DNA of 64,000 nt from Candidatus Woesebacteria bacterium (GTDB lineage Bacteria; Patescibacteriota; Microgenomatia; UBA1400; UBA1396): the NCBI GenBank assembly GCA_021208605.1, contig JAJOJK010000003.1, forward strand, positions 9,481 through 73,480, written 5' to 3'. Positions 38,141 to 48,118 of the stretch are shown here, in pieces; position 1 is the first letter of the stretch, and every line of letters starts with the position of its first letter. Below the pieces are notes generated by a model. The model searched no databases. It was not told the DNA's origin and saw only the letters and a program-made list of their open reading frames with translations. Position numbers and translations under genes: made by a program.

Positions 38141-39748
38141 TTAGGTTGAAGCTTGAATCATTTGAAATGGATGGTGCTGTGGCTCAAGCCATCGTGAAAT
38201 TGGTTCTCCAGAGTTTGGATGTGTACCAATACCTATAGCAGAGACAATAAGTGCTGGCAAAACTCCTTCTTGGTAAGCTTCCACATAGTCATCGGTACCA
38301 TCATAGCCATCTTCGATTACATCCCAGAAATCGGTTTCATCCACAAATCCATTATCTGTATTAGCAGAATCGGCTAGTGGTAATAATAAACCAACTTGCA
38401 TTAAATAGTGAACAGCCATGTCTACACCAGCAAAACTATATTCAGGATAATCTTTTATACTGTCTTCAGCAGAAAGTGCGTCTGCTAAACCATCTTCTGT
38501 GAAAAACAACCTTATAGTTAAATTACCTTGCTCATCAACCACAGCCCCTGAAACGTATTGTCTGGAAGTTCTAAAACCCTGACTAGTAGTTTCTCTAGCC
38601 CGCAAACTCTCGTTTTCGCCCCAGTCTTCATCCCATACCCCTTCAAATACAAGAGTCACAGTTGCAGCACCTAAATCAATATTCGTATTCCCAGTTTCCC
38701 ACTCACCAGTCTCTCTGTTGAAGTAACGAGCGTAGATACTGCCAGTATACTTTCCTGGCCGGAAATTTCGCATAAATTCTTCGAAGGGCGGTCGTTGTTC
38801 TTCTGGAATCGAGTAGTATAAAACGTTATACATTTCTAAAACCCAAGCATCTTGAGCACTCAGAGCTTCACGACCTGTGGAAAAAGCCAACTCCATGGTC
38901 GAGTTTGGTGCATCATTCCACATCATCATGCCGAAAGCTTCAATAGACTTATCAGTTTGAAGGACACGAATCGGGCTGATTCCAGAAAGAGCTACTCGCT
39001 CACCAATAACAGTGTCACCAATCCATTCTTCTTGAACAATATGGGCTGGAGTTTCTGTCACACCGTGGTAAAGAGACTCATAAAGAGAATCAAAGTTTTC
39101 TTCAGTCGCCTGCATCTGTGGAGTTATCACATCTGGAGTAGGAGTAGCCCACTCCGTAGCAGCCGGCTCAGTCTCATTTGGGTTTTCGGTGGCTGGAGCT
39201 GGTTCGGTGCCGTCGGAGTTTGGTTCTGGGGCGGCTTCTGAAGTTGGTTCTGGTAGCGGTTGTACATCTACCTTTCCGAAAAGAAGTGCAATGTTGACAG
39301 TATTTATAGGAGTACCAGATGGATCAGTAAACACTCCTTCTAAATTTGTGCCTTCGAAAAATAACTCCACCCATGTGTTACCATCTTCACCGTCAACTAC
39401 GACTCCCTCAAGAACAGTACCCTCGAGACCTCGGAGAGTACCCAAGGGGGCATTGTTGCTTGTGCTGGGGACAGTTCGTACGGAGAAGTTTCCGTCAACA
39501 ATAGTCACTTGCACGCGCGTGCCTTCTGCGATACTATTAAATTCTTCTTGAGAATCGTAAACTTGCGTAGTTGGAGCTTCACCGCTTCCATTCGGATCTT
39601 CCGTTTCTTGAGCAGATACGATACCAAGTCCACCCGTAAGGGCAAGAAATGCAAAGAAATAACGAGCAAAACGTTTTTTTGCTTCGGGACTCAAAAACTC
39701 ACTCAGTTTTTGGGAAAATGTAGATTGTTCGTTGTCCTGACGTGACAT
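38141..39748 (-). CDS. hypothetical secreted acidic protein (535 aa)
   Basis: Signal/TM FFAFLALTGGLGIVSA. Acidic, Thr/Pro-rich linker. Confidence 0.5.
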   Translation of the reverse strand: MSRQDNEQSTFSQKLSEFLSPEAKKRFARYFFAFLALTGGLGIVSAQETEDPNGSGEAPTTQVYDSQEEFNSIAEGTRVQVTIVDGNFSVRTVPSTSNNAPLGTLRGLEGTVLEGVVVDGEDGNTWVELFFEGTNLEGVFTDPSGTPINTVNIALLFGKVDVQPLPEPTSEAAPEPNSDGTEPAPATENPNETEPAATEWATPTPDVITPQMQATEENFDSLYESLYHGVTETPAHIVQEEWIGDTVIGERVALSGISPIRVLQTDKSIEAFGMMMWNDAPNSTMELAFSTGREALSAQDAWVLEMYNVLYYSIPEEQRPPFEEFMRNFRPGKYTGSIYARYFNRETGEWETGNTNIDLGAATVTLVFEGVWDEDWGENESLRARETTSQGFRTSRQYVSGAVVDEQGNLTIRLFFTEDGLADALSAEDSIKDYPEYSFAGVDMAVHYLMQVGLLLPLADSANTDNGFVDETDFWDVIEDGYDGTDDYVEAYQEGVLPALIVSAIGIGTHPNSGEPISRWLEPQHHPFQMIQAST

Positions 39749-39846
39749 AGCGCGTCTCCAGGTGTTTTTAGCGTGGCTGAAAGGCGACGCCTTTCCGCTA
39801 AATCCTCATTATAGGTGTGAGTATTTGAAAAAACAATAGGCAAATC

Positions 39847-40911
39847 CTATAAGTTTAGGAAATATCGGCTGCACCAGTCAGATAAGAAAGTGAGCGGCTG
39901 GCACTGCACACTCCCCTCCACCTCAAGACTACAGACATACGCCTGAGTGTTTCGACAGTGTAACCACTGGTTCGATCCATCGCGTTCCGAATTATAAAAC
40001 ATGGATTGGTCTAGCGCATTGGTGGTGTATGTGGTGGAAATTCGCGTCATATTATTGCCAGCTACGGCCAAATATTTGCTTTCCAATGCACCAGCATCAG
40101 CGAGGATTCCTTCCACAAGTACTGGACTCACCTGTTCTGCCAGCGCAACAGCCAAAGCCGCCGCCTCCGGAGAAGTAGCAATTTCATCTGGTAACTGTGT
40201 TCGTTGTTGCGCAGATACGCCATTTTGGCGGTACTTGCGGTAACTTTGCGCGAAGTCATAGACGGGGAAAGTGGTCAGTTCATTCGGTTGACCAAGGTCG
40301 GCTTCTTCTTCTTGTGCCACAGAGTACGCGGCGTCGACAATGGTATACAACCAGATCGGGTTAAGACCATGCGTCAGTGCGGTATTGAATATAAATTTAT
40401 GGGAATCAGCCAACTGGTTGGCATGTCCTTCTGGACGGACTACTTCGGAGTATGGCAAATAAAACTGGTACAAACCAGAATTCGTCTGGGCGGCAACGCG
40501 GCCATATAACCAACGGTACCAGGTGTGCTCGGCGGCCTCGCGACGAGTGTTTTGGAGCACTATGTACTCCGGAGTCCACTCCAAAAAGATCGGGATACAG
40601 GTCTCGGCAGTGTCAAGGAAACAGAGATCACTCGAGAAAAATGGAGTCTGAACGTCTTCCCAGGCCACAGCAGCTGCATTGGGCGTAAAAACAGGCAGAC
40701 GGTTTACTTCCAGTGGTGGTTGCAAGGGCTGATCCGCTTGCTGTTGCGATGGCGTACTCGTTTCTGATCCAAGTGAAAATCCGTACGGATCGAGCTGAAC
40801 CGAAGAACGCGGCGAATTACTGGAGAGAAAATACTGCACACCATAGCCAATGCTTATTCCGAGAACGAGCAAAACCAGAAATCCAATCGCGTAAATCACA
40901 TTTGTGCGCAT
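39847..40911 (-). CDS. hypothetical membrane-anchored protein (354 aa)
   Basis: N-terminal TM AIGFLVLLVLGISIGYGV. Confidence 0.45.
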   Translation of the reverse strand: MRTNVIYAIGFLVLLVLGISIGYGVQYFLSSNSPRSSVQLDPYGFSLGSETSTPSQQQADQPLQPPLEVNRLPVFTPNAAAVAWEDVQTPFFSSDLCFLDTAETCIPIFLEWTPEYIVLQNTRREAAEHTWYRWLYGRVAAQTNSGLYQFYLPYSEVVRPEGHANQLADSHKFIFNTALTHGLNPIWLYTIVDAAYSVAQEEEADLGQPNELTTFPVYDFAQSYRKYRQNGVSAQQRTQLPDEIATSPEAAALAVALAEQVSPVLVEGILADAGALESKYLAVAGNNMTRISTTYTTNALDQSMFYNSERDGSNQWLHCRNTQAYVCSLEVEGSVQCQPLTFLSDWCSRYFLNL

Positions 40912-40998
40912 GTACGCAGTGTGACAAAAAGTGACTGGAAGTACAAGCAGATCAGTCAGGAAACTGGGTGGAAAATGTGTGCATGGAGCCAGGTGGTT

Positions 40999-42042
40999 CT
41001 ACATCCCGCTCACCAGCTCCACCAACCGATTACAATATCCCCACTCGTTGTCGTACCAGGCAATGACTTTGACCATGTTGCCGCCCATGACTTGGGTGAG
41101 GCTGAGATCGACTATGGAGGACTCGGGGCGGCCTACGATGTCGCTGGAGACGATGGGGTCGTTGGTGACGGCCAGCTTGCCTTGCCAGCGGGGTTGTTGG
41201 CTGGCGTCGGTGAAGGCTTGGTTGACTTCCTCGACGGTGACGTCGCGCTTGGTGATGAAGGTGAGATCGGACAGCGAGCCGGTAGAAACTGGCACGCGCA
41301 CGGCCAAACCGTCAAAAATGCCTTTGAGCTCGGGAATAACGAGCGCGGTGGCCTTAGCGGCACCGGTGGACGTTGGCACGATGTTTTGCGCCGCGCCGCG
41401 GGCGCGGCGCAAGTCCTTATGCGAGTTATCCTGAATATTTTGGTCGTCGGTGTAGGCGTGGATGGTGGTCAGCATGGCTTTTTCCACACCGAATGTAGTG
41501 TGCATAATTTGCGCGACTGGCGCGACACAGTTGGTGGTACAGGAGGCGTTGGAGATGAGTTCGCCGGTGACTTGGTTGACGTTCTCCACTCCGAGCACGG
41601 TGGTTTCAAAACCATCGCTTTTGGCTGGGGCGGATAAGACCACTCGACTCGCGCCGGCTTCAATGTGGTACTTCGCTTTTTCGGCGGTGGTAAAGATACC
41701 AGTTGACTCGATCACCACCGCTACTTCGTATTTGTCCCAGGGGATTTTCTTAGGATCGCGTTGCGCGGTCACCAAGACCGGGCGGCCGTCAATTTTGATC
41801 AAACCGAGTTCTGGCTGTTCATCGGTCACTTCTTCGCGACCTTGCCAGCGCTCGACCGTTATTTCGTGCGGCCAGACGCCGTAGTTGGAGTCGTACTTGA
41901 GGAGATGCGCCCAGCCCTCGATGTCCATGGAGCCCGAAGTGTTGACGACAGCTAAATCCGCTTGCTCGCGAAAATTTTCCCACCAGACCCGCAGGGCCGT
42001 TCTTCCAATTCGTCCAAATCCATTGATCGCAAATTTTGTCAT
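40999..42042 (-). CDS. gap: glyceraldehyde-3-phosphate dehydrogenase
   Basis: MTKFAINGFGRIGR start and ASCTTNCVAP active-site motif. The track ORF extends 14 codons further upstream. Confidence 0.9.
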   Translation of the reverse strand: MTKFAINGFGRIGRTALRVWWENFREQADLAVVNTSGSMDIEGWAHLLKYDSNYGVWPHEITVERWQGREEVTDEQPELGLIKIDGRPVLVTAQRDPKKIPWDKYEVAVVIESTGIFTTAEKAKYHIEAGASRVVLSAPAKSDGFETTVLGVENVNQVTGELISNASCTTNCVAPVAQIMHTTFGVEKAMLTTIHAYTDDQNIQDNSHKDLRRARGAAQNIVPTSTGAAKATALVIPELKGIFDGLAVRVPVSTGSLSDLTFITKRDVTVEEVNQAFTDASQQPRWQGKLAVTNDPIVSSDIVGRPESSIVDLSLTQVMGGNMVKVIAWYDNEWGYCNRLVELVSGM

Positions 42043-42153
42043 GGGTTCAGTGTAGCAGGTGGGGTTGGTGGGTGTGAAGTCCAACTACTCCTCTTCTTGA
42101 CTTCCAAAAAGCCCTCCAACCGGAGGGCTTTCCATTTTCAGTGGAGCGCCGAT

Positions 42154-42969
42154 TTATACTTGAGGCGTTTCTATATCCTGAGGCGTGCTCTGAGTCGGAG
42201 ACGTTGGGGTCGCGGTCGGCGTGGGTGTTGCTGTCATCTGGCTCGTGTTGGGTAGATCGGGAGCGGCGGTCAGAGTTTCGTCTGGAACAGCTGATCCAGC
42301 GCGGCGGCTATTTCTCCACCAGGCCAATCCGGCCACAACCGCTACCAGGGCGGCTAAGACGCCAATCAACAGCGTTCCGGGATGGAAGAGTGCGGGTGAG
42401 GTGACGTTTTCGAGGACTTGGTCGTTGAGAGAGTCGTCGGCCATCATGCCACTATCATCGGTCAGCACTGCTTCGGGGACCAGAAATGCGTACTCGTTTT
42501 GACCGGTGTAGATGTTACCTTCGGAATCGGTACCGGCCACAATCGTGTTTTCAGGATCGAGGGTGACAACCATCTCGCCAGTGGCTTCCGGGACAAAACG
42601 AAACGCCACGACGGGCATTTCGGGTTGCAGAGTCACGGACTCAGCTAACTCAGTCGGTGCCAACACAACGCTGAAGGCGTCGCCAGAAAACGTTTGACTG
42701 ACAACTTGAAGATTGGCGTCACTAAATACTTCCACTTCCCAGTCCGTCACCGGCACGCCGGTCACGGTGCCAACAAGTTCCAGACCATCGATCGCTTCGT
42801 CAGAATTGACGGAGACGATAACTTCGGAAACTTCATCCACGAGCAAGTTTTCTTCGAGGGTGAAGGACGCAGCGAACGCCGGCATGGCGGTGAGAGCCAG
42901 TACGCTGGCGACAACACCTGTGGCCGTGGTCAGGCGGGCTGTTTTTTGCATCCAAGATGTGATCTGCAT
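42154..42969 (-). CDS. surface protein with cohesin-like domain and TM anchor
   Basis: Signal peptide, cohesin-like beta-sandwich block (SVNSDEAIDGLELVGTVTGV), TM LLIGVLAALVAVVAGLAWW, Pro/Thr-rich tail. Confidence 0.5.
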   Translation of the reverse strand: MQITSWMQKTARLTTATGVVASVLALTAMPAFAASFTLEENLLVDEVSEVIVSVNSDEAIDGLELVGTVTGVPVTDWEVEVFSDANLQVVSQTFSGDAFSVVLAPTELAESVTLQPEMPVVAFRFVPEATGEMVVTLDPENTIVAGTDSEGNIYTGQNEYAFLVPEAVLTDDSGMMADDSLNDQVLENVTSPALFHPGTLLIGVLAALVAVVAGLAWWRNSRRAGSAVPDETLTAAPDLPNTSQMTATPTPTATPTSPTQSTPQDIETPQV

Positions 42970-42981
42970 GGGCTCCCTTAC

Positions 42982-44445
42982 TTACTTTCTCAGTCTGTTC
43001 AATACGAGGGCGTAGTCGATGATATCGACGGTGCCGTCTTGGTTGATGTCAGCTTGGGCATCGGTGGTCAAGAGACGACGACGGATGTATGACAAGTCGA
43101 TAGTATTCACTTTGCGGTCACGGTTCGCGTCATAGTTAGCTCTGAAAGGTGGCTCTGGCGTTTCTGACACACAGCTCTGTACAACTGGCTCCGGTGTACC
43201 GAGACAGTAGTTACTGTTGGCGGTGGCTTTACGAGTCTGGATGCCAGACTTACAAGCAGACCACTGCGTGTAGGTGTACTCACACGTCGGAGTATTTTGG
43301 GTGATCATCGGAATAGGACGCGTGGTGGCAACTGGAATCGAGCCATCTGGATTTGTCGGAACTAGTCCGACTGGCGGAGTCGGTCGCAAACGGATAGAGT
43401 TATCACTAATTGTGGTACTTGGCGGAGTTGGCTGAGGAGTTGGAGACACCGACCCAGTAAGAGCACAGATTTGGGCTGGCATTACTTGAGCACAAGCCAA
43501 GCCATCAGGACATTCTGGCATGGGTGGCTGGTAACAAAACAGGCCTGGTTGGCAATCCGCATTTACAGAACAGTACTGTCCTTCTGATCCCGGAGCTGGT
43601 GTTGGGGTGGGTGCAGCCGTGGGTGATGGAGTGGGATCGCCGGGAGTAACTGGGTTTTCCGACACGATAGGAGAAGGTGTTGGAGTAGGCGTTGGCGTCA
43701 TGCGTGGATTCTCGATCGGATCAACCATTGCAATTGGCGTGGGCAGTGGTTGTACTTCTCCATCGATTACTTCAGCACAGATTTTGGCTGGCATCACTTG
43801 CGCACAAGCCATACCTTCCGGACATTCTGGCATGGGTGGCTGATAGCACACTAGACCAGGAGCACACTGTGAATCTTGCACACAGTTGCTTCCGGCTGGC
43901 TTTTGAATACTGACGATGTCATCGGATCCGAGTACCCGACCAGAAAAGGCGACTGGTGTCTTCAGTTGGTCTTCAGTTTGACGGAAGAGAGTTGCTTTTG
44001 AGGTACCTGGGTTCCAGGTAAGCGACAAATCTCCTTCAGACTGCGGCACAAAACTGATGGTAGCAATTTGTGTCGGTTGAGAAGCGGAAAAGGCTTTTTT
44101 TGAATTATTCAGTGTAAATACGAGTTGGATGGTGCCGTCGTCATTGACTTTGTTGACTTGGGCTTTGAGATTCGTGCGCTCGGCGTTCGCAACTTGGACG
44201 GTAATATCGCTCACGTCAACTCCGGTGAAATTGCCTTCCAGTTGAAGGGCATCCATGTTGGCGCTGTTGGAGTTTACAAAAAGATCAATTTTTGCCGGCT
44301 TGCCAGCAATGATTTGCTCGGAAGATTTGGCGGTAATTTCTATGGCGCCATCTTCTACCGAAGCTTGGTTGCGCACATCTTGAGAACTTTGGGATAAAAA
44401 GAAGGCAGCGGCAGCTCCGATCAATAAAACGAAAACAAAGGCCAC
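42982..44445 (-). CDS. surface protein with cohesin-like N-domain, two 37-aa Cys-rich repeats and C-terminal dockerin
   Basis: Type I dockerin repeats DANRDRKVNTIDLSYI and DINQDGTVDIIDYALV. Duplicated C(V/S)xxxxCxPGLxCYQPPMPECPxGxACAQVMPAxICA module. PTPTP linkers. Confidence 0.6.
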   Translation of the reverse strand: MAFVFVLLIGAAAAFFLSQSSQDVRNQASVEDGAIEITAKSSEQIIAGKPAKIDLFVNSNSANMDALQLEGNFTGVDVSDITVQVANAERTNLKAQVNKVNDDGTIQLVFTLNNSKKAFSASQPTQIATISFVPQSEGDLSLTWNPGTSKATLFRQTEDQLKTPVAFSGRVLGSDDIVSIQKPAGSNCVQDSQCAPGLVCYQPPMPECPEGMACAQVMPAKICAEVIDGEVQPLPTPIAMVDPIENPRMTPTPTPTPSPIVSENPVTPGDPTPSPTAAPTPTPAPGSEGQYCSVNADCQPGLFCYQPPMPECPDGLACAQVMPAQICALTGSVSPTPQPTPPSTTISDNSIRLRPTPPVGLVPTNPDGSIPVATTRPIPMITQNTPTCEYTYTQWSACKSGIQTRKATANSNYCLGTPEPVVQSCVSETPEPPFRANYDANRDRKVNTIDLSYIRRRLLTTDAQADINQDGTVDIIDYALVLNRLRK

Positions 44446-44586
44446 TCCTGCTATAAGGCTTTTATTTTTTTTTTACAAAATTGACTGATTTTCATAGGTA
44501 CACTAAGAATTGCATGCTCCGAAATGGAAGTCAATATTGAGAACGCGTTGGAAATTTGCCACTAAAAACCTCTAAGAAAATTTTAA

Positions 44587-44607
44587 CGGCCTAAGGGTCG
44601 GTCCCTC
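44587..44607. repeat. REP type A (GGCCTA-AGGGTCGGTCCCT-CA)
   Basis: Directly downstream of the pgk stop. Confidence 0.65.
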
Positions 44608-44616
44608 ATGAGAGTG

Positions 44617-45648
44617 CTATAAAATAAACTCTAAAAAGTCTTCCCAAGAAAATTTCTGCTGGCCTTCGACAATGGCCTCGTAGGCGGGTAACGTTCCACC
44701 GTTGGCAAAGAATTCCATCATGGCTCCTCCTCCAGTAGAGACGTGGGAGTATTTGGATTTATCGACTTCAAAGTGATCGACTGCTGCTTCGGTGTCGCCG
44801 CCGCCGATGATTGAAAATGTCTTGGTGCGAGAGAGGGTGTCGGCAATGTACTCGGTGCCTTTGCCGTGTTCGCCGTCTTCGTACTTGCCCATCGGGCCAT
44901 TCCAGATGACGGTACCGGAAGCTTTAATGAAACGCTCGGCGCGTTCGTAAGCGTCCTTCGTAATGTCGAGACCGTCTTCAGTGACTTCACAGACGATGAG
45001 CTTGCGGTGCTCTTTTTCGGCTTCTTCCTTGTCCATTTCGGCAGCGAGTTTTCCACCTACTACAAAAACGTTCACGAAATCGAACATTGTTTTCAGGTAC
45101 TCAGCCTTATCGGACTTACCGCCACCCAAGATGAGCGTCACAGGGCGATCGGGTTTGCGGTAGACTTTTTGGAAGGTTTTGATTTCCTTTTCGAAGGTGC
45201 GGCCCATGACGGTCGGAAGAATGAGAGGCAGCTGCACCATGGACGCGTGTTCGCGGTGGGCGGTGGCAAAACCGTCGTTCACATAAAAGTCGAACCCTTT
45301 GGCCAGCTTTTTGGCGAAGGCTTTGGAGTTGCCTTCTTCACCTGGATCAAAACGGAGGTTATCGCCAAAGGTAACTCTTTCGCGTTTGTTTTCGGGAATC
45401 ATTTCGATCAAAAGATCAGTAATGGGTTTGAGTGAGAGTTTTTTGACAACTTTTCCGTCTGGTCGACCTCGGTGCCCAATGACGTGCACTTTGGCGGCGC
45501 CACGCTTCAAAATGAAATTGAGCGTTTGTGCACCCGCTTCCAAACGTGTGGTATCAAATCCATCTTGGTTTTCGGGGAGATCGAGATCAAGTCGGAGAAG
45601 AACATTTTTATCTTTTAATTCGAGCGCTTTGAGTGTGTAGACTGCCAT
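44617..45648 (-). CDS. pgk: phosphoglycerate kinase (short form)
   Basis: RLDLDLP, GHRGRP and NDGFATAHR motifs. 343 aa. Confidence 0.85.
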   Translation of the reverse strand: MAVYTLKALELKDKNVLLRLDLDLPENQDGFDTTRLEAGAQTLNFILKRGAAKVHVIGHRGRPDGKVVKKLSLKPITDLLIEMIPENKRERVTFGDNLRFDPGEEGNSKAFAKKLAKGFDFYVNDGFATAHREHASMVQLPLILPTVMGRTFEKEIKTFQKVYRKPDRPVTLILGGGKSDKAEYLKTMFDFVNVFVVGGKLAAEMDKEEAEKEHRKLIVCEVTEDGLDITKDAYERAERFIKASGTVIWNGPMGKYEDGEHGKGTEYIADTLSRTKTFSIIGGGDTEAAVDHFEVDKSKYSHVSTGGGAMMEFFANGGTLPAYEAIVEGQQKFSWEDFLEFIL

Positions 45649-45670
45649 AGGAGGTATTTTAACATACGAA

Positions 45671-45691
45671 TAGGGAGCACCCTTGGGCCTA
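45671..45691. repeat. REP type A variant (AGGGAGCACCCT-TGGGCCTAT)
   Basis: Degenerate copy between ribokinase and pgk. Confidence 0.45.
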
Positions 45692-45696
45692 TAAAA

Positions 45697-46614
45697 TTAT
45701 ATTTTGGGAAAGTCGCTTTGTCGCAGCAACCCCGTCTTCGCTCCCATCGACCGCACCACCGAAGCGGCATTTTTCGCGCCCCATTGCATAGCTTCCGGGG
45801 AAAGTCGATCATGCAGCGTGGCGGCAATCACCCCGGTGGCAAACGCATCACCCGCGCCCGTGGCTTGTACTATTTCGGTGGGTTGGGAATCAAACCGGTT
45901 CCAGGTGCCATGTTCGTAATACTGCCCACCGCGCTCACCTTCGGTGATAACAATCCGGCTCCCGCCAGTTTCCAGATCGTATCCTGCCGAACGAATGATT
46001 TCGGCTTCTTCTTCATTTAAAAAGAGGGTGTCAGGATAGATTTCGGTCAGGTGAAGAGAACCATTTTCAATGGCTTTTAGCTCTTTTCCGCCCGGATTCC
46101 AGCTAAAGCGAATACGGTGTTTTTTGCAGTGCTGCGCGATAGTTTTGACGACTTCGGTATTACCAATGGAAGAAATGTGAATCCAATGCGCTTTCATTTT
46201 GGCGAGTGGTAAGTCGTCTGGAGTCAACATATAGGCAGCGCCACGAGCGGTAACGACCGAGCGATCACCAGAAGAGTCAATTAACAGTGCAGAAATGGCG
46301 GTGTTTTCGTCTGGTTCTTGAATGAGCAAACTGGTATCGACGTTTTCTTCCTGGAGTTCGGCGATGATCACTTTGGCGGGGAGATCGGTGCCGAGTTCGG
46401 CTATTACGCTGCTGCGTAAACCGAGCCGAGAAAGTCCAACGGCGGTATTGGTCGCGCCTCCGCCAGACTGCAAAGCAAAGTCTTCAGCATTCATTTTGGA
46501 ACCATGCAGGAGTTGGAGGTATTCTTCACCATCTGATTCTTCTTTGACCGTAAACTGAGCTGACTTGAGAAAAACATCGAGTGTGGCAGAGCCGATGGAA
46601 ATGGTGTCGAACAT
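45697..46614 (-). CDS. PfkB-family carbohydrate kinase (ribokinase-like)
   Basis: GGGATN and DATGAGDAF motifs. Confidence 0.8.
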   Translation of the reverse strand: MFDTISIGSATLDVFLKSAQFTVKEESDGEEYLQLLHGSKMNAEDFALQSGGGATNTAVGLSRLGLRSSVIAELGTDLPAKVIIAELQEENVDTSLLIQEPDENTAISALLIDSSGDRSVVTARGAAYMLTPDDLPLAKMKAHWIHISSIGNTEVVKTIAQHCKKHRIRFSWNPGGKELKAIENGSLHLTEIYPDTLFLNEEEAEIIRSAGYDLETGGSRIVITEGERGGQYYEHGTWNRFDSQPTEIVQATGAGDAFATGVIAATLHDRLSPEAMQWGAKNAASVVRSMGAKTGLLRQSDFPKI

Positions 46615-46652
46615 GGGTTTTAGTGTAGCATGCGAGGGACTCTGCGAGGTAT

Positions 46653-46677
46653 GTGAGGGACCGACCCTTAGGCCTAG
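46653..46677. repeat. REP type A (GTGAGGGACCGACCCT-TAGGCCTAG)
   Basis: Canonical copy. Confidence 0.65.
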
Positions 46678-46690
46678 ATAATTAAAATGC

Positions 46691-46710
46691 CGGCCTAGGG
46701 GTGTTTCCCG
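46691..46710. repeat. REP type B variant (CGGCCTA-GGGGTGTTTCCCG)
   Basis: Adjacent to a type A copy, as at 33881-33934. Confidence 0.5.
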
Positions 46711-46713
46711 AAT

Positions 46714-47391
46714 CTAGCTTAAGACCGTTTTTTGATCTATCAAATCCTGCTCCAGCTCTTGCAGGGCTGGGATAACTTCTTCGGGCTCGCTGACAATACG
46801 GTACACAGCCACTTCTTGCTCGGCAATGAAAAAATGTTTTTGCACCACATCAATCACCTCATGCCAGAAGTCACCAACTAACACAATAGGTTTATGATGA
46901 CCGTAGTAAATATGCGCCATGAGCCAAGCGGTTGCCCATTCGCTCAAAGTTCCAGTTCCACCGCGTAAAATCACAAAGGCGTCAGATTCGCGAATCAGGC
47001 GCAACATGCGATCGGGATAGTTATCAGTTTTAATTTCGTCATCAGGCAAATTATCAGAGAGACGACCTTCAAAAAATGGCGCGTCTTTCGGGGCAAAAGT
47101 TACCGTGAGCGTTCGACCATTTTTTGACTGCGCTCCCAAAGTCGCTGCCTTCATGACTCCAGGTCCACCGCCGTTTACAATGCGCACTCCAGTATCCGCC
47201 AAGAGTTGAGCAATAATATATGCTTGCTGATACTCCGGTGAAGAGTCATTCACATCGGCCGAACCAAAAATGGCGACATTTTGAAAAACCTGAAACACTG
47301 GTTCCGTTGTATTGTCAGTAGAATTTTTCACAATGGGTTTGCTGTGTTGAGATGCAGACATTGTCTCCTCTTTCCTTTTCTGAAAACTCAC
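46714..47391 (-). CDS. LOG family protein (cytokinin riboside 5'-monophosphate phosphoribohydrolase-like)
   Basis: GGGPGVMKA and PGGTGTLSE motifs. Confidence 0.8.
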   Translation of the reverse strand: MSFQKRKEETMSASQHSKPIVKNSTDNTTEPVFQVFQNVAIFGSADVNDSSPEYQQAYIIAQLLADTGVRIVNGGGPGVMKAATLGAQSKNGRTLTVTFAPKDAPFFEGRLSDNLPDDEIKTDNYPDRMLRLIRESDAFVILRGGTGTLSEWATAWLMAHIYYGHHKPIVLVGDFWHEVIDVVQKHFFIAEQEVAVYRIVSEPEEVIPALQELEQDLIDQKTVLS

Positions 47392-48041
47392 TATTCGTGT
47401 AAATTGCTCCAGTGCTCGGCGCCTTCGGCGCCAGCAAAGTATGAACCAACCACGGCGACCGTAGCCCCAGCACTCTCCACTTCAGGAATGGTTTCAGGGT
47501 TCATTCCGATATCGACAGAAATGTCGTAGGAATACCCGTGCTCGGCCTTTGCCTGTGCAGCAGATTGGATGGATTTGAGAGCGGTTGAGTGCAGCGACTG
47601 ACCTTGAAAACCAGCTCTGTTGCCCATGATTTGCACAGTGTCGATATGACTCAAAACCTCTGGAGATAATGTGGAAAACGGTGTGTATAAATCGAGAGAA
47701 AGTCCCACACGAAAATGCAGCCCATTTTTTACTTCGTCGATAAACGCCGGAATGGATGTCATGCGTTCCACTTGGGCAATGACGGTATCAACTGTCTGAC
47801 TGTCGCGGATTTCACGCAGCCATTCGAGTGGTTCAACCACCATAAAATGGAGGTCCAGTTTGATACCATGCGTTTCCAAAGAGTGCACAAGACCTGGTTC
47901 AACAGTGAGATTATCGGCAAATTGACCGTCAATAATATCGAGCTGGCACCGTTCTGGTTGCGGTTGAAATGTGGCAAAGCGATCGAGTTCTTCCTGGACA
48001 AATTGTGGGCTGTCGTCGAGGATAGCGGGAACAAATTTCAT
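47391..48041 (-). CDS. rpe: ribulose-phosphate 3-epimerase
   Basis: QLDIIDGQFADNLTVEP, DLHFMVVEP and GNRAGFQGQSL align with Rpe catalytic regions. Confidence 0.7.
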   Translation of the reverse strand: MKFVPAILDDSPQFVQEELDRFATFQPQPERCQLDIIDGQFADNLTVEPGLVHSLETHGIKLDLHFMVVEPLEWLREIRDSQTVDTVIAQVERMTSIPAFIDEVKNGLHFRVGLSLDLYTPFSTLSPEVLSHIDTVQIMGNRAGFQGQSLHSTALKSIQSAAQAKAEHGYSYDISVDIGMNPETIPEVESAGATVAVVGSYFAGAEGAEHWSNLHE

Positions 48042-48118
48042 ATGAGTCAGTGTAGCATATTTGGACTCGAGGAAAAACGCGAGTTATAGGCTTTTCAGAC
48101 CTTGTAAACCTTATAAAC

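Noticed and set aside
40999-42084. Full 361-aa GAPDH ORF including 14 N-terminal residues (MDFTPTNPTCYTEP)
   Set aside because: The canonical GAPDH N-terminus MTKFAINGFGRIGR begins at the internal Met. The upstream extension is probably not translated.
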